Below, piece by piece: positions 33,601 to 43,168 of a stretch of DNA of 64,000 nucleotides; positions within the stretch are counted from its first letter, which is position 1; each line of letters starts with the position of its first letter. This stretch comes from Candidatus Poribacteria bacterium. Its GTDB lineage: Bacteria > Poribacteria > WGA-4E > PCPOR2b. A model generated the notes under the pieces. The model searched no databases and had not been told where the DNA came from. It saw only the letters and a list, made by a program, of their open reading frames with translations. The stretch spans positions 1,600,001 to 1,664,000 of the forward strand of contig OZ242351.1 of the NCBI GenBank assembly GCA_965208675.1, read 5' to 3'. Made by a program: the position numbers and the translations under genes.

Positions 33601-35410
33601 CCCAGGCTGCAGGGATGAGGATATTATCGTATTCTTGGTGAAGTTGGCTCAATCGTGCTCCCGCCTTCAACCCCGCCTCCAAATCATCGGATTGCGCCAC
33701 CCATTCGGGAGACTTGACAAGGACGCCCTCCATGTTCGGGGCGCTTAACGCACATTGTGCCGCGTGCATGACACTCTCGACAGCCTCACGGGTGCCGGGC
33801 GTCCCTAGTTGAAGATGCTGCGCCAGTTTTAGCGACGCGTCCTGGAGCGCTATTACCGCTTCTCTCGCCTCCACGGACAAACGTCCCACTTGAATTCTGT
33901 CATTTGGAAGAAAGATGCTGCACTGGCTGCCCCAAAACGGGTGATGTATCGGTATGCCCATCCGCTTGATAAGGATTTGCAGCTCCTCGGTGCGGTCCAA
34001 ACCCTCCGCAAAATCCGCCGCAGCGTGCCGGAATTGACTCGAGTCTAGCGTCGGAAGTTCCACCTCCGAAAGGCGGCGCTCTACCGCCAAAAGTTCCCCA
34101 TACGCCTGAAACGGTGTGATGCCGCTCTCGCCTATGGGCATGTTAACTGCACGGCAGTAGCTGTTTAAACGGTCGCGGTTTTTGAGGAGCGATTGTACTT
34201 TCTCATCAAGCGTTGTCGTCTTTGACCGGCTGAGCGCAAGCGTACGGTTTAGTTCATCAACGACCGCTTTTTTGTTCATCTTATGGCTGTGCAGCTCTAA
34301 ACACGCATCCCCAATCCCGACTTTATCCAGGTTGCGCTTAACGACTTCCAACGCCGCCATCTTTTCCGCAACAAACAGCACCCGTTTTCCATTTGAGATG
34401 GCTTCCCCAATTAGGTTCGTAATGGTTTGAGATTTTCCGGTGCCCGGCGGGCCCTGAATAACAAGATTTCGGCCTTCGCTTACATCGTGAATTGCCAATG
34501 CTTGCGAACTATCCGCATCAACGACATGATGCGTCTCACCGGGGTTGAGATGTTCGTCAATGGGAGAATCAACAGGAATGGTTGAACTTGGTTCTTGAAA
34601 GCCCGTTGCTAACGCAGATTGCAAGACCGAATGCTCAGGCAGCGCGTCATTGTCCCAATTCGTGCTTTCTAAGTCGCGATACATCAGAAACTTCGCAAAC
34701 GAGAAAAATCCGAGCACAATCGCAGAACCATTAACTGACCAACGGCAGATATCGTCATGTGGCGTATCCATTATTGACGCACTAACGGTTTGAAAATAAC
34801 CCTGAACATCAAGCTCATCAAGGTCATCCGCATCAAGAAGGTCAGGTAGGTGGATGCCGAACTCAGATTTTAACTTCTCCTGAAGAGAGAGGTTCGTTCC
34901 GAATTCCTCCTCCGTGTAACCGATTCGGAAACGCGCGCGGACACTGGCGCGGCTGAGTTCCACCGGAATTAGAACTAGCGGTGCGCGGCGCAGTGTATCA
35001 CTCGATTCGGATTCGTACCATTCGAGCATGCCGAGCGCGAGATACAGTGTGTTGACCCCCTGTTCTTCGATCGCTGTCCGCGCTGTATAGTACGTGTTTA
35101 GCAGCCGCCTCTGAAGCTCCGTCGGCGAATAGTGTGTTTGGAGTTTGCTATCGGTATGTCGAGCAGGGCCGGCTTCCGTTTCATCTTCTTCAAACAGTTG
35201 AAAGTCATCATCCGCATCAAGTTCGGGCTTGGGAAGGAAAGACATATCCTTTCCCTGTTGTACAAGGATTTGATAGACACTTGCAGGGGATTCATCCACG
35301 ACCTCAAGCCCTCTCGCTTTGAGCAGCCTGTAGTTAATCAAAGGGTTGCGCAAACTCAGGTCGAGCAGTTCTTTTCGTGCTTCATCCAACTTTGTTTGAA
35401 TGGTGTTCAT
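30665..35410 (-). CDS. DUF4011 / SF1 helicase / Vsr-like endonuclease / DUF3320 protein (Hhe-like anti-phage family)
   Basis: LLDLSLRNPLINY (DUF4011), QGPPGTGKSQT, FDEASQ, GDNRQLPPT, HYRS, NVQGDERD, RLNVLITRAR, GIECDG..YHS..RDRDRLRQ..L..LGW..HRIWS. Confidence 0.9.
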   Translation of the reverse strand: MNTIQTKLDEARKELLDLSLRNPLINYRLLKARGLEVVDESPASVYQILVQQGKDMSFLPKPELDADDDFQLFEEDETEAGPARHTDSKLQTHYSPTELQRRLLNTYYTARTAIEEQGVNTLYLALGMLEWYESESSDTLRRAPLVLIPVELSRASVRARFRIGYTEEEFGTNLSLQEKLKSEFGIHLPDLLDADDLDELDVQGYFQTVSASIMDTPHDDICRWSVNGSAIVLGFFSFAKFLMYRDLESTNWDNDALPEHSVLQSALATGFQEPSSTIPVDSPIDEHLNPGETHHVVDADSSQALAIHDVSEGRNLVIQGPPGTGKSQTITNLIGEAISNGKRVLFVAEKMAALEVVKRNLDKVGIGDACLELHSHKMNKKAVVDELNRTLALSRSKTTTLDEKVQSLLKNRDRLNSYCRAVNMPIGESGITPFQAYGELLAVERRLSEVELPTLDSSQFRHAAADFAEGLDRTEELQILIKRMGIPIHHPFWGSQCSIFLPNDRIQVGRLSVEAREAVIALQDASLKLAQHLQLGTPGTREAVESVMHAAQCALSAPNMEGVLVKSPEWVAQSDDLEAGLKAGARLSQLHQEYDNILIPAAWEQSVLEIRKVLAAQGDKWWRVFSRKFRRARNELAGLCKLELPKAQGVRLRLVDAILESQRERPRLQKIQGVGKQLYGTRWEGKSSNWRGLQEISQYLLTLHQSVERGELPEALIDYLASNPDSATLRSLVAAVEEHYNRHPQLLRTVVEMIQLDETVRFGPENELKARPFTEQAHILEGWKKESERLQEVVNFNHLAGALNDSGFDEIVRVASDWQEASQFLPDLLKHVWHGAQVETAMRERPILASFTGDAHQFAVERFKDLDRLSLEYNKANVAYEHRSNLPQYEASSGQLGLLRREFEKKRRHLPIRQLMTKAGNAIQAIKPVFMMSPLSVATFLPPNSVDFDWVVFDEASQVKPVDAFGAIIRGGQAVVVGDNRQLPPTRFFDKHIADDDEDLDAEENLAGDMESILGLFSAQNAPTRMLRWHYRSRHESLITVSNIEFYENKLQLFPSPDAAKEEVGLIYHYLQDTAYDRGRSGRNKAEARFVAARVMEHARNRPNFTLGVATFSTTQMEAVQNELELLRREDSSCEQTFFNAHPEEPFFVKNLENVQGDERDVIFISIGYGRDANGHLTMNFGPLNQDGGERRLNVLITRARRRCEVFTNLKGDDIDLSRTEARGVAALKRYLKYAETGDLEIPRESGREAGSQFEEEVAEALRNLGYQVEHQIGSSGYFIDLGVKDPQRPGRYLLGIECDGATYHSAQSARDRDRLRQQVLEGLGWRVHRIWSTDWFRTCDKELRKAVEAIEAARVHIPSAPEPSPEDDSANSNNGDEEPAGDSEDTPVHSESELRENSLAEKYKLTELVISTNGLSLHKVPPLKMQGWIQRVVEIESPVHFDEAARRIANAVGVNRVGNRIQNTVKAAARQAARSGSIEIRGDFFYLKDQGQVNIVRDRSELPNASRKLELIAPEEIETAIKQVVSHAFGIESGDLTREVCKLFGFKSVSTEMRRRVELIIELMIEREELTGKGESLVLA

Positions 35411-35559
35411 ATCATTCGCTAACAATACATCACCGCATAACGTCCAATAGCTCTACAAAAGCAAGGTGTAAAACACACTCTTTCTGAAGTTTCCTTAAAC
35501 CTTAACGCCAACTGAGAGCAGAGATTGTACGAAATAATTAAGTAGATTCAACTCAAGTG

Positions 35560-36435
35560 CTATGGATTCCGGAGCGTGTTCAACAGCGTCTCTCCAATGG
35601 TTGCCGGGCTTTCAGCCACGACGATGCCAGCCGCTGTCAGAGCGTTAATTTTCTCTCCCGCTGTGCCGTGTCCGCCAGCGATAATCGCCCCGGCGTGCCC
35701 CATCCGTTTTCCCGGCGGCGCCGTCTGTCCCGCAATAAAACCGACGACCGGCTTGCTCATGTTATTTTTCACGAAATCAGCCGCAGTTTCCTCCGCGGTG
35801 CCGCCAATCTCGCCAATCATGACCACCGCTTCCGTATCCGAGTCTTCTTCAAACAGTGCCAGGACATCAACGAAACTCGTCCCGATGACCGGATCGCCGC
35901 CAATGCCGACGCATGAGGATTGCCCGAGACCGAGCTTCGTCAATTGATACGCCGCCTCGTATGTCAACGTGCCGCTGCGGGAAACGATGCCTATCTTTCC
36001 GGGCTGAAATACAGAACCGGGCAGCACCCCGATTTTGCACTCGTCGGGCGTGATGACGCCCGGACAGTTAGGGCCAATCAGACGAATCGGCTTCCCTTCC
36101 AAATAGCGTTTAACCTTCACCATATCAAGGACGGACACACCCTCCGTTATACAGACCACTAGACCTATCCCTGCGTCGGCGGCTTCCATAATGGCGTCCG
36201 GAGCGAACGGCGCAGGCACATAAATCGTGGACGCATCCGCACCGGTCGCACTAACCGCTTCGGCAACCGTATTGAAAACAGGAATTCCGTCAACATCGCC
36301 TCCCCCCTTGCCCGGGCTAGTACCGGCGACAATCTTTGTGCCGTAAGCCACACTCTGCTGCGCGTTAAACCGCCCTGAACGGCCGGTAATGCCTTGAACA
36401 ACCACCCTTGTTTCCTTATTCACAAGAATGCTCAC
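35560..36435 (-). CDS. sucD: Succinyl-CoA ligase alpha subunit
   Basis: GTG start after AAGGAG; [39 protein letters not shown]. Confidence 0.97.
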   Translation of the reverse strand: MSILVNKETRVVVQGITGRSGRFNAQQSVAYGTKIVAGTSPGKGGGDVDGIPVFNTVAEAVSATGADASTIYVPAPFAPDAIMEAADAGIGLVVCITEGVSVLDMVKVKRYLEGKPIRLIGPNCPGVITPDECKIGVLPGSVFQPGKIGIVSRSGTLTYEAAYQLTKLGLGQSSCVGIGGDPVIGTSFVDVLALFEEDSDTEAVVMIGEIGGTAEETAADFVKNNMSKPVVGFIAGQTAPPGKRMGHAGAIIAGGHGTAGEKINALTAAGIVVAESPATIGETLLNTLRNP

Positions 36436-36536
36436 TAAATCTGACTCCTTTCGACTCAAACAAATTTTACGTTTTCACCTGCCGCTGCAACTATTGTCCC
36501 TATTCGCTCATGCGGCGCTTTCGGTTTTTCAGCTGT

Positions 36537-37970
36537 TTAATACGCCCTAGCGAAGATAACATCCTGCTCGGAAGAATCGCCGCACACTATGCACTTTCCG
36601 CTCTCTCCATTTTGATCAAAGGGAATACAACGCGTGGTGGCTTTCGTATCTGCCTTGACTTTTTCCTCGCACGCGATGCCGCCGCACCACGGCGCGCGGG
36701 CAAACCCCTGATCCACCGCTTCCCGAAGCGAATCGTAATCAGTCGGTTCATAAGTGTGTTCGTCGCGAAATTCGGTGTTGCGGACAAGCAAATCACTCTG
36801 GATCCGGTTGAGCAAATTGGTGACGGTGTCGGAAATGCACGCAAGCGGGGTAAATGACTTGCCTTCACGACCGGGTTGGTCGCGTCGAGCTAGCACCGCC
36901 TGTGCCTTCTGAACATCTCTGGGACCAATTTCAATTCGCAGCGGCACGCCCTTCAACTCCCATTCGTTGAACTTCCAACCGGGAGAGTATTCATCGCGAT
37001 CGTCGACCTTTAGCCGTACGCTATTGCCAATGGCGGTTTTGACCTCCTCTACTGTACGCATCACCTCAGATTTTTCTGCGTCTGTTTTCCAGATTGGTAC
37101 TACCACGACTTGGATGGGCGCAAGCCGCGGCGGTAAAATGAGCCCCTGGTCATCGCCGTGCGCCATAATGATTGCGCCCACCATGCGCGTGCTCACGCCC
37201 CAGCTTGTTGTCCAACAGTATTGCTGTACCCCATTTTCATCTTGATATTGAATATCAAAAGCTTTAGCGAAATTCTGCCCGAAGTAATGGGAGGTGCCAG
37301 ACTGCAGCGCCCGCTTATCGCCCATCATGGCTTCTATGCTATAGGAAGCCTCTGCGCCGGGGAATTTCTCGCTTTCGCTCTTGCGGCCGGGAATCACCGG
37401 TATTGCAGCATCGTTGGCGGCAAAGTCGGTGTACACATCGAGCATGCGCAGCGTCTCTTCATGCGCCTCCTCGGAAGTCGCGTGGGCGGTGTGGCCCTCT
37501 TGCCAGAAAAACTCCATAGTACGTAGAAAAAGGCGTGTGCGGAGTTCCCACCGCACAACATTCGCCCACTGATTGATGAGCACCGGCAGATCTCGATACG
37601 ATTGAATCCATTGGCTGTACATGTGCCCAATGATAGTCTCGGAGGTTGGACGCACTGCCAGCGGCTCTTCCAACTCTTTACCTCCGCCGTGCGTAACAAC
37701 GGCTAGCTCCGGTTTGAAGCCTTCGACGTGCTCTGACTCCTTTTCGATGAAACTCATCGGGATGAAAAGGGGGAAGCAGGCATTCTCATGCCCCGTCTCC
37801 TTAAAGCGCCGGTCCAGTCCCTCTTTCACGTTCTCCCAAAGCGAAAAACCGTAAGGGCGGATGACCATACAACCCCGCACTGGGGCGTAATCCGCTAGTT
37901 GCGCCTGCCGAATCACATCGGTATACCATTCTGAATAGTCTTGGCTGCGGGGCGTTATCTTCTCTCTCAT
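36537..37970 (-). CDS. proS: Proline--tRNA ligase (archaeal/eukaryotic type)
   Basis: DYSEWY, RPTSETII, NQWANVVRWE.RTRLFLRT.EF.WQEGHT, C-terminal FARAY. Confidence 0.97.
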   Translation of the reverse strand: MREKITPRSQDYSEWYTDVIRQAQLADYAPVRGCMVIRPYGFSLWENVKEGLDRRFKETGHENACFPLFIPMSFIEKESEHVEGFKPELAVVTHGGGKELEEPLAVRPTSETIIGHMYSQWIQSYRDLPVLINQWANVVRWELRTRLFLRTMEFFWQEGHTAHATSEEAHEETLRMLDVYTDFAANDAAIPVIPGRKSESEKFPGAEASYSIEAMMGDKRALQSGTSHYFGQNFAKAFDIQYQDENGVQQYCWTTSWGVSTRMVGAIIMAHGDDQGLILPPRLAPIQVVVVPIWKTDAEKSEVMRTVEEVKTAIGNSVRLKVDDRDEYSPGWKFNEWELKGVPLRIEIGPRDVQKAQAVLARRDQPGREGKSFTPLACISDTVTNLLNRIQSDLLVRNTEFRDEHTYEPTDYDSLREAVDQGFARAPWCGGIACEEKVKADTKATTRCIPFDQNGESGKCIVCGDSSEQDVIFARAY

Positions 37971-38044
37971 ATATTTTTCTCCAAGTTACTAGGTCCCGTT
38001 GACATTTGACAAATTGAAACCATCTCCCCAACGTAGTAAGCATA

Positions 38045-38150
38045 AAAGTAGTAGGCACACTCCGTGTGCCGTAACTCAAACCTCAATCCGAGCAACTAAC
38101 TTCAAACCAATACACGAATATCACGGCGCACGGAGTGTGCATGCTACTTT
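38045..38150. repeat. REPIN-like inverted pair of GTAG REP sequences
   Basis: AAAGTAGTAGGCACACTCCGTGTGCCGT (38045-38072) and its near-perfect inverse (38123-38150) around a 50-nt spacer. Confidence 0.75.
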
Positions 38151-38195
38151 CAAATCAACAATAACGTATCTAGAACATTCGCAAAGATTTTCGTT

Positions 38196-39107
38196 CTACA
38201 AGTTCTCCGTCACCCATTGTTCTACCTTCGCCAATTTTTCTTCATCTATACTGAATTCCTGTGCTTCAGTTGGGAATAGCCCCTCCTCAACCTCTTGCTT
38301 GTACTGGCATATCGCTTGAAATGTCAAAATTTCGTAGTCCTCATATGCCTTCGTATAAGTTAGGGCAAGCGCACCAATACCCAAAATGTCGTGGATGACG
38401 AGCACTTGGCCGTCGCAGTCGCCGCCCGATCCAATGCCAATCGTGGGGATTCTCAATTTCTCGGTGATTATCTTGCTAATTTCCCTTGTGACCATCTCAA
38501 GAACAATCAGTTTCGCACCGGCATTCTCCAGAGCCAACGCGCTTTGAATTAACGACTTGCCTTTTGAATACGTCCTGCCGCGCACCAACCGGCGCGAGCC
38601 GTGAAATTGCGGATTGTGGCCGATATGGGCGCAGACATCTATGCTGTTCTCCGCTAATGCCTTGACAACCGCTTCCTTTTCCCACCCCTCCAACTTGACG
38701 CCGTCAGCTCCGTACGAAAGCAACGTTTCTGCGTTTTCCAACGCCTGTCCAGGAGTATCATAGGTCTTGTACGGCATGTCGACGAGGAGGTATGCGGTGG
38801 TGACGCCTCTGCGTACAGCCTTCAGATGGTGAAGCATATCCGCCATCGTGACTTCAGTGTCGCTTTCATAACCCAAAACGTTCATTCCCACGCTGTCGCC
38901 AACGAAGATTATGTCTATTCCAGCCTTGTCCTCCATGAGTGCGGTTGGATAGTCATAGCAAGTTAACATCGTGAGTTTCTGATTCGCCCGCTTCTTTGAA
39001 AGCAAGAAATTGATGTCTTTCTTGGCCTTCGAGCGGCTGGAAATGGAGCGCGATGGGCGTTTATTCTGTTGATTATTCGGTTTCACTTTGGTCAACCTGG
39101 CCTGCAT
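38196..39107 (-). CDS. panB: 3-methyl-2-oxobutanoate hydroxymethyltransferase
   Basis: MLTCYD, VGDS.GM, LVDMP, VKLEG, PTIGIGSG..CDGQVLV.HD; start uncertain. Confidence 0.95.
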   Translation of the reverse strand: MQARLTKVKPNNQQNKRPSRSISSRSKAKKDINFLLSKKRANQKLTMLTCYDYPTALMEDKAGIDIIFVGDSVGMNVLGYESDTEVTMADMLHHLKAVRRGVTTAYLLVDMPYKTYDTPGQALENAETLLSYGADGVKLEGWEKEAVVKALAENSIDVCAHIGHNPQFHGSRRLVRGRTYSKGKSLIQSALALENAGAKLIVLEMVTREISKIITEKLRIPTIGIGSGGDCDGQVLVIHDILGIGALALTYTKAYEDYEILTFQAICQYKQEVEEGLFPTEAQEFSIDEEKLAKVEQWVTENL

Positions 39108-39230
39108 TCCAAGATTAGTTCAAAATTATCGTTCAAACGAACGGACAGTGAGCACGATAGGGTACTCTTCAGTTTTCAAATCTATCGCGCACCTTATCCA
39201 GCCGCAAAATCTATCGTCATTGCAATCCGC

Positions 39231-40424
39231 TCAGTTGTTCGTTTTGTCCGTCAATCCAGCTATGCCCGGCAGCTCTTTCCCCTCAAGGTATTTGAGCGTA
39301 GCGCCGCCGCCTGTAGAAACGTGTGTGATTCGGTCCGCAATGCCCGCTTTATTCGCGGCAGCGACGCAATCGCCGCCCCCGATTATGCTGACCGCTTTCG
39401 ATTCGGCAATGCGCTTGGCAATCTCGATTGTACCCTTCGAAAATCGTTCAAACTCGTAGACTCCCAATGGACCATTCCAAAACACGGTTTTTGCCGCATT
39501 AATAATATTCCCGTACTCTACGATTGACTTGGGGCCAATGTCTAATCTCTCCCATCCGTCGGGGATTCCCTCGCGTGGAACAATTTGTGATTCCGCATCT
39601 GCACTCAATTCCTTTGCAATGAGGTGATCGTGCGGCAAATGAATAGGGATGTTCCGGCTCAATGCTTTTCTCAGTAATCCAATCGCAATTTCAAGATTTT
39701 CCGATTCTACAACGGCCTTCCCAACAGGCATTCCCATAGCTTTGAGAAAGGTATTGGTCATCTTACCGCCGACAATTATCTCATTAACCTTATCCAAAAG
39801 GTTTTCAATCATGCCAATCTTATCAGAAATTTTGACTCCGCCAAGAATAGCAACAAACGTGCGTTCCGGATTTTGAAGGGTTTTGTTAAGATGCCTGAGT
39901 TCCCTCTCCACCAATAACCCGGCGGCGGACTGGTCGAAGAATCGGGTAACACCTTCAGTCGATGCATGAGCCCGGTGTGCCGTGCCAAAGGCGTCATTCA
40001 CATATATGTCCGCGAGCGATGCAAGTTCTTTTGCAAATTCAGGATTGTTCGCTGTTTCCTCCTTATGAAATCGGACATTCTCAAGTAGAAGGACGCCGCC
40101 ATCCTGAAGTTGAGAAATGGACGATTCCACTTCAGGTCCAACACAATCGAGGGCATGCATTACACGCTGCCCCATCAGGCGGCTGACATGCTCTGCAACC
40201 GGGGCGGTCGAGAATGCAGAATCAAACCCGTTAGGCCGCCCCAAGTGCGTTATCAAGATGATTTTGGCGCCGTTCGCAATTAGATGTAAAATCGTCGGAA
40301 GTGCAGCCCGGATGCGAGTGTCATCGGCAATTCGCGTCCCCTCCATCAACACATTGAAGTCAACACGCACCAGCACACGTTTTCCAGCCACATCTAAATC
40401 GCGTAACCCGAGTTTTTCCCCCAA
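39231..40424 (-). CDS. pgk: Phosphoglycerate kinase
   Basis: RVLVRVDFNV, HLGRP, LLENVRF, YVNDAFGTAHRAHAS, STGGGA. Confidence 0.98.
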   Translation of the reverse strand: MGEKLGLRDLDVAGKRVLVRVDFNVLMEGTRIADDTRIRAALPTILHLIANGAKIILITHLGRPNGFDSAFSTAPVAEHVSRLMGQRVMHALDCVGPEVESSISQLQDGGVLLLENVRFHKEETANNPEFAKELASLADIYVNDAFGTAHRAHASTEGVTRFFDQSAAGLLVERELRHLNKTLQNPERTFVAILGGVKISDKIGMIENLLDKVNEIIVGGKMTNTFLKAMGMPVGKAVVESENLEIAIGLLRKALSRNIPIHLPHDHLIAKELSADAESQIVPREGIPDGWERLDIGPKSIVEYGNIINAAKTVFWNGPLGVYEFERFSKGTIEIAKRIAESKAVSIIGGGDCVAAANKAGIADRITHVSTGGGATLKYLEGKELPGIAGLTDKTNN

Positions 40425-40595
40425 ATTTACATCTCCTTGAAATTGTGTCGCGTAAGGCTGGATTAAGTTAAATGTTACGTGCCATCGGCTGTCTTCCTCT
40501 TTTTGAGAATCGCCCTACTATTGCTGCTCACCCGGTTTTGGTGTGCCCTGTAAGCAGAGTTTGTGTCCAGCCTAACTGTCATGGCGTTCGGTTAG

Positions 40596-41831
40596 TTACA
40601 TCGGTTCAACCACAATGCCCATGAACAACATGGACTTCGTCGCGTTGTCATAAATCGCAAAAAAGAACGGGCGGTCTACAATGAAGCTTGGCGGGGCAGA
40701 CTCAACACCTACGACAACAGTTACCGCCGCCGCTTCGGTGCCCTCTTCGTTGACCTCCACGAAGGCTTTGTGCCGAACTTCGCTAATGAACAAACTTGGT
40801 CCCATGCCGCTGAAATCCGCTCCGCCACCGAAAGCGATGTCCATCCCGAGTGTTTTGAGTGTGTCATTAAGCTGCACCTCATATTCCAGCTTGAAACGCG
40901 GGAGTATTATCATGCTGTCATCCGTACCTTCACGAAACTGCGGCAACCAGTTTGACCAACTTTCAGAATTTAAAACGCCCAGAAACTCATCTAAATTCGT
41001 GCCGCGGTCGGGCAGGAAGATATACATGTTCACATTCCCATCCCCGTAGGGTAAACTCGCTGCCTCGAATGTTTCGCCGCGAAAGTATGGGTACGCTCCC
41101 TCTCGGGTCATCATCGGTACCTGCTTCTCGCTCCCATCCGATAACCGGAAAATACCGTCCCGTGTTCTTGACTTGTCGAACTCCTCCTTCCAACTACCTT
41201 TGAAGTATATGGCGTTAATCAACATAATCAGCGTCCGGGGATCGATACTTTGAACAATCTTTTTAACTTTCCCCTTCGTGTTTGTCTCTACCCAACCGTT
41301 GATGACTTCCGGCGTTTCCGGCGCACCAAAATCGAGAACCGTGATTTCCGCATCAAAAAACTCACGGTTTCGATTTAAAAAATCAGCGTTAAATTCAACG
41401 CCCTGCCGTCCCCAAATCGAATTTGCGATCGAAAGTTGGACTTCTGATCCACGGTTTTCGAGGCTCTCTCGCAAGGCGGCGTTCGAGCGGTTGACGGAGT
41501 CTCTGTCCAACCCTTCTATTTCTAATACCTCCGCCATGGCGAGTTGTGTTTCTCCAACAGCCCCGTTGTAAGTCATGGTGAGCGCTATCGAGATGCTCAA
41601 TGGAGAGATGAAGATATTCGTTCCCGGTTCGCGTGATTGGACATCCGAAAGCAACTTAAAGCCAAATCTCGTGTTTGCCGTAGCAACGCTTGAAAAAGCT
41701 GGATCGCTAATGATGTCCAAAACATCTCCGATATTGTCCGGTGGAGAGTCACCATCGGAACAACTGAGCAGGCACAGCAACATAATACCCGCAAATCCAA
41801 TAAGAATCTGATGATGCCAAGGTATTTTCAT
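40596..41831 (-). CDS. Serpin (serine protease inhibitor), predicted lipoprotein
   Basis: Lipobox LLSC; NIFISPLSI, NAIYFKGSW, hinge EEGTEAAAVT, FIVDRPFFFAI, LFMG. Confidence 0.95.
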   Translation of the reverse strand: MKIPWHHQILIGFAGIMLLCLLSCSDGDSPPDNIGDVLDIISDPAFSSVATANTRFGFKLLSDVQSREPGTNIFISPLSISIALTMTYNGAVGETQLAMAEVLEIEGLDRDSVNRSNAALRESLENRGSEVQLSIANSIWGRQGVEFNADFLNRNREFFDAEITVLDFGAPETPEVINGWVETNTKGKVKKIVQSIDPRTLIMLINAIYFKGSWKEEFDKSRTRDGIFRLSDGSEKQVPMMTREGAYPYFRGETFEAASLPYGDGNVNMYIFLPDRGTNLDEFLGVLNSESWSNWLPQFREGTDDSMIILPRFKLEYEVQLNDTLKTLGMDIAFGGGADFSGMGPSLFISEVRHKAFVEVNEEGTEAAAVTVVVGVESAPPSFIVDRPFFFAIYDNATKSMLFMGIVVEPM

Positions 41832-41832
41832 T

Positions 41833-43008
41833 TTACCTTCCCTGTGCTGCAGCCACCGCTTTTTGGGCGGATTCTGTTAGCCCGTCGGCGGTGATTAAAT
41901 TCAAACCGGAATTAGCAAACAGTGCTTTCGCCAACTCAACATTTGTGCCTTCTAACCGCACAACTAGCGGCACGTTTAAATCGATCTGCTTAATCGCTTC
42001 AATAATCCCGTTGGCGATCGTGTCGCATTTCACAATGCCCCCGAAAATATTCACTAGAACCGCTTTCACATTTTCATCAGCGAGAATCAGGCGAAAAGCG
42101 TGTTCAACACCTTCGGTTGTGACGCCTCCGCCGACATCAAGGAAATTCGCGGGTTCCCCGCCGTGCAGCTTAATTAGATCCATCGTCGCCATCGCCAGCC
42201 CGGCTCCGTTGACCATGCAGCCTATGTTCCCGTCAAGGCTGATGTAACTCAATCCCGACTGTTTGGCTTCCAGCTCTCTCGGATTTTCTTCGTGCGGGTC
42301 TCGCATCGCTTCGATATCTTTATGCCGCCACAGCGCGTTGTCGTCGAAATTCAGCTTAGCGTCGACTGCAAGCAGATCGGGTCCGGTGTCAGTCTTTGTG
42401 ACTGCGAGCGGGTTAATCTCCGCAAGTAAGCAGTCGCAGTCAACGAAGGTGTTGTACAAACCGCTCATCATATCGGTTGCCTTGGAGATGAGACTTTCGG
42501 GAAGGTTCAAGCCGTAAGCCAGTTTTCGTGCTTGAAAGGCTTGAAAGCCGACTGACGAATCAATCACCTCATTGAGGATTTTTTCAGGACAAGTCGCGGC
42601 AACCGCTTCAATGTCCACACCGCCCTCTTCGCTTCCCATCATTACCAACCGCGAACTCGCTCGATCAAGGACAATGCTGAGGTAAAGTTCCCGCTCAATC
42701 TCTTGCGCCTCGGCGACCAGACATTTTCGAACCCGCTTTCCGCCCGGGCCCGTCTGATGCGTGACCAGTTGCATGCCGAGAATTGCCTCAGCATGCTCAC
42801 GGACCATTTCGGGGCTAGTGGCGAGCTTGACGCCGCCTCCCTTCCCGCGTCCACCGGCGTGAATTTGGGCTTTCACAACATACGTAGGACAGTCAAGCTG
42901 CCGAGCGACCTTCTCTGCTTCATCGGGAGTGGACGCTACTTGTCCGCGCGGGACATTTACGCCGTGGGCTTCTAGTAAATCTTTCGCTTGATATTCATGT
43001 ACGTTCAT
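41833..43008 (-). CDS. sucC: Succinyl-CoA ligase beta subunit
   Basis: [54 protein letters not shown]. Confidence 0.98.
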   Translation of the reverse strand: MNVHEYQAKDLLEAHGVNVPRGQVASTPDEAEKVARQLDCPTYVVKAQIHAGGRGKGGGVKLATSPEMVREHAEAILGMQLVTHQTGPGGKRVRKCLVAEAQEIERELYLSIVLDRASSRLVMMGSEEGGVDIEAVAATCPEKILNEVIDSSVGFQAFQARKLAYGLNLPESLISKATDMMSGLYNTFVDCDCLLAEINPLAVTKTDTGPDLLAVDAKLNFDDNALWRHKDIEAMRDPHEENPRELEAKQSGLSYISLDGNIGCMVNGAGLAMATMDLIKLHGGEPANFLDVGGGVTTEGVEHAFRLILADENVKAVLVNIFGGIVKCDTIANGIIEAIKQIDLNVPLVVRLEGTNVELAKALFANSGLNLITADGLTESAQKAVAAAQGR

Positions 43009-43168
43009 TCCTATCCTCCAAACAAGTTAGGCTAAATGGAAATAATACGCAACACCGAATGCGCATCCATCGCACAGATACGTCAATAACATTTGCTTGC
43101 ACGGGAAGGCTTCCGAATAGCTGCCGGCGGCGCAATGGCGCCGTTTTGCCAATTTAAAATGCCGCTAA

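Noticed and set aside
30938-35422. Numerous antisense and alternate-frame ORFs inside long genes (here and across the window)
   Set aside because: Shadow ORFs of well-supported genes, with no motifs of their own.
29330-35520. Prophage or integrative element carrying the defence genes
   Set aside because: No integrase, transposase, phage genes or att-like direct repeats were found.
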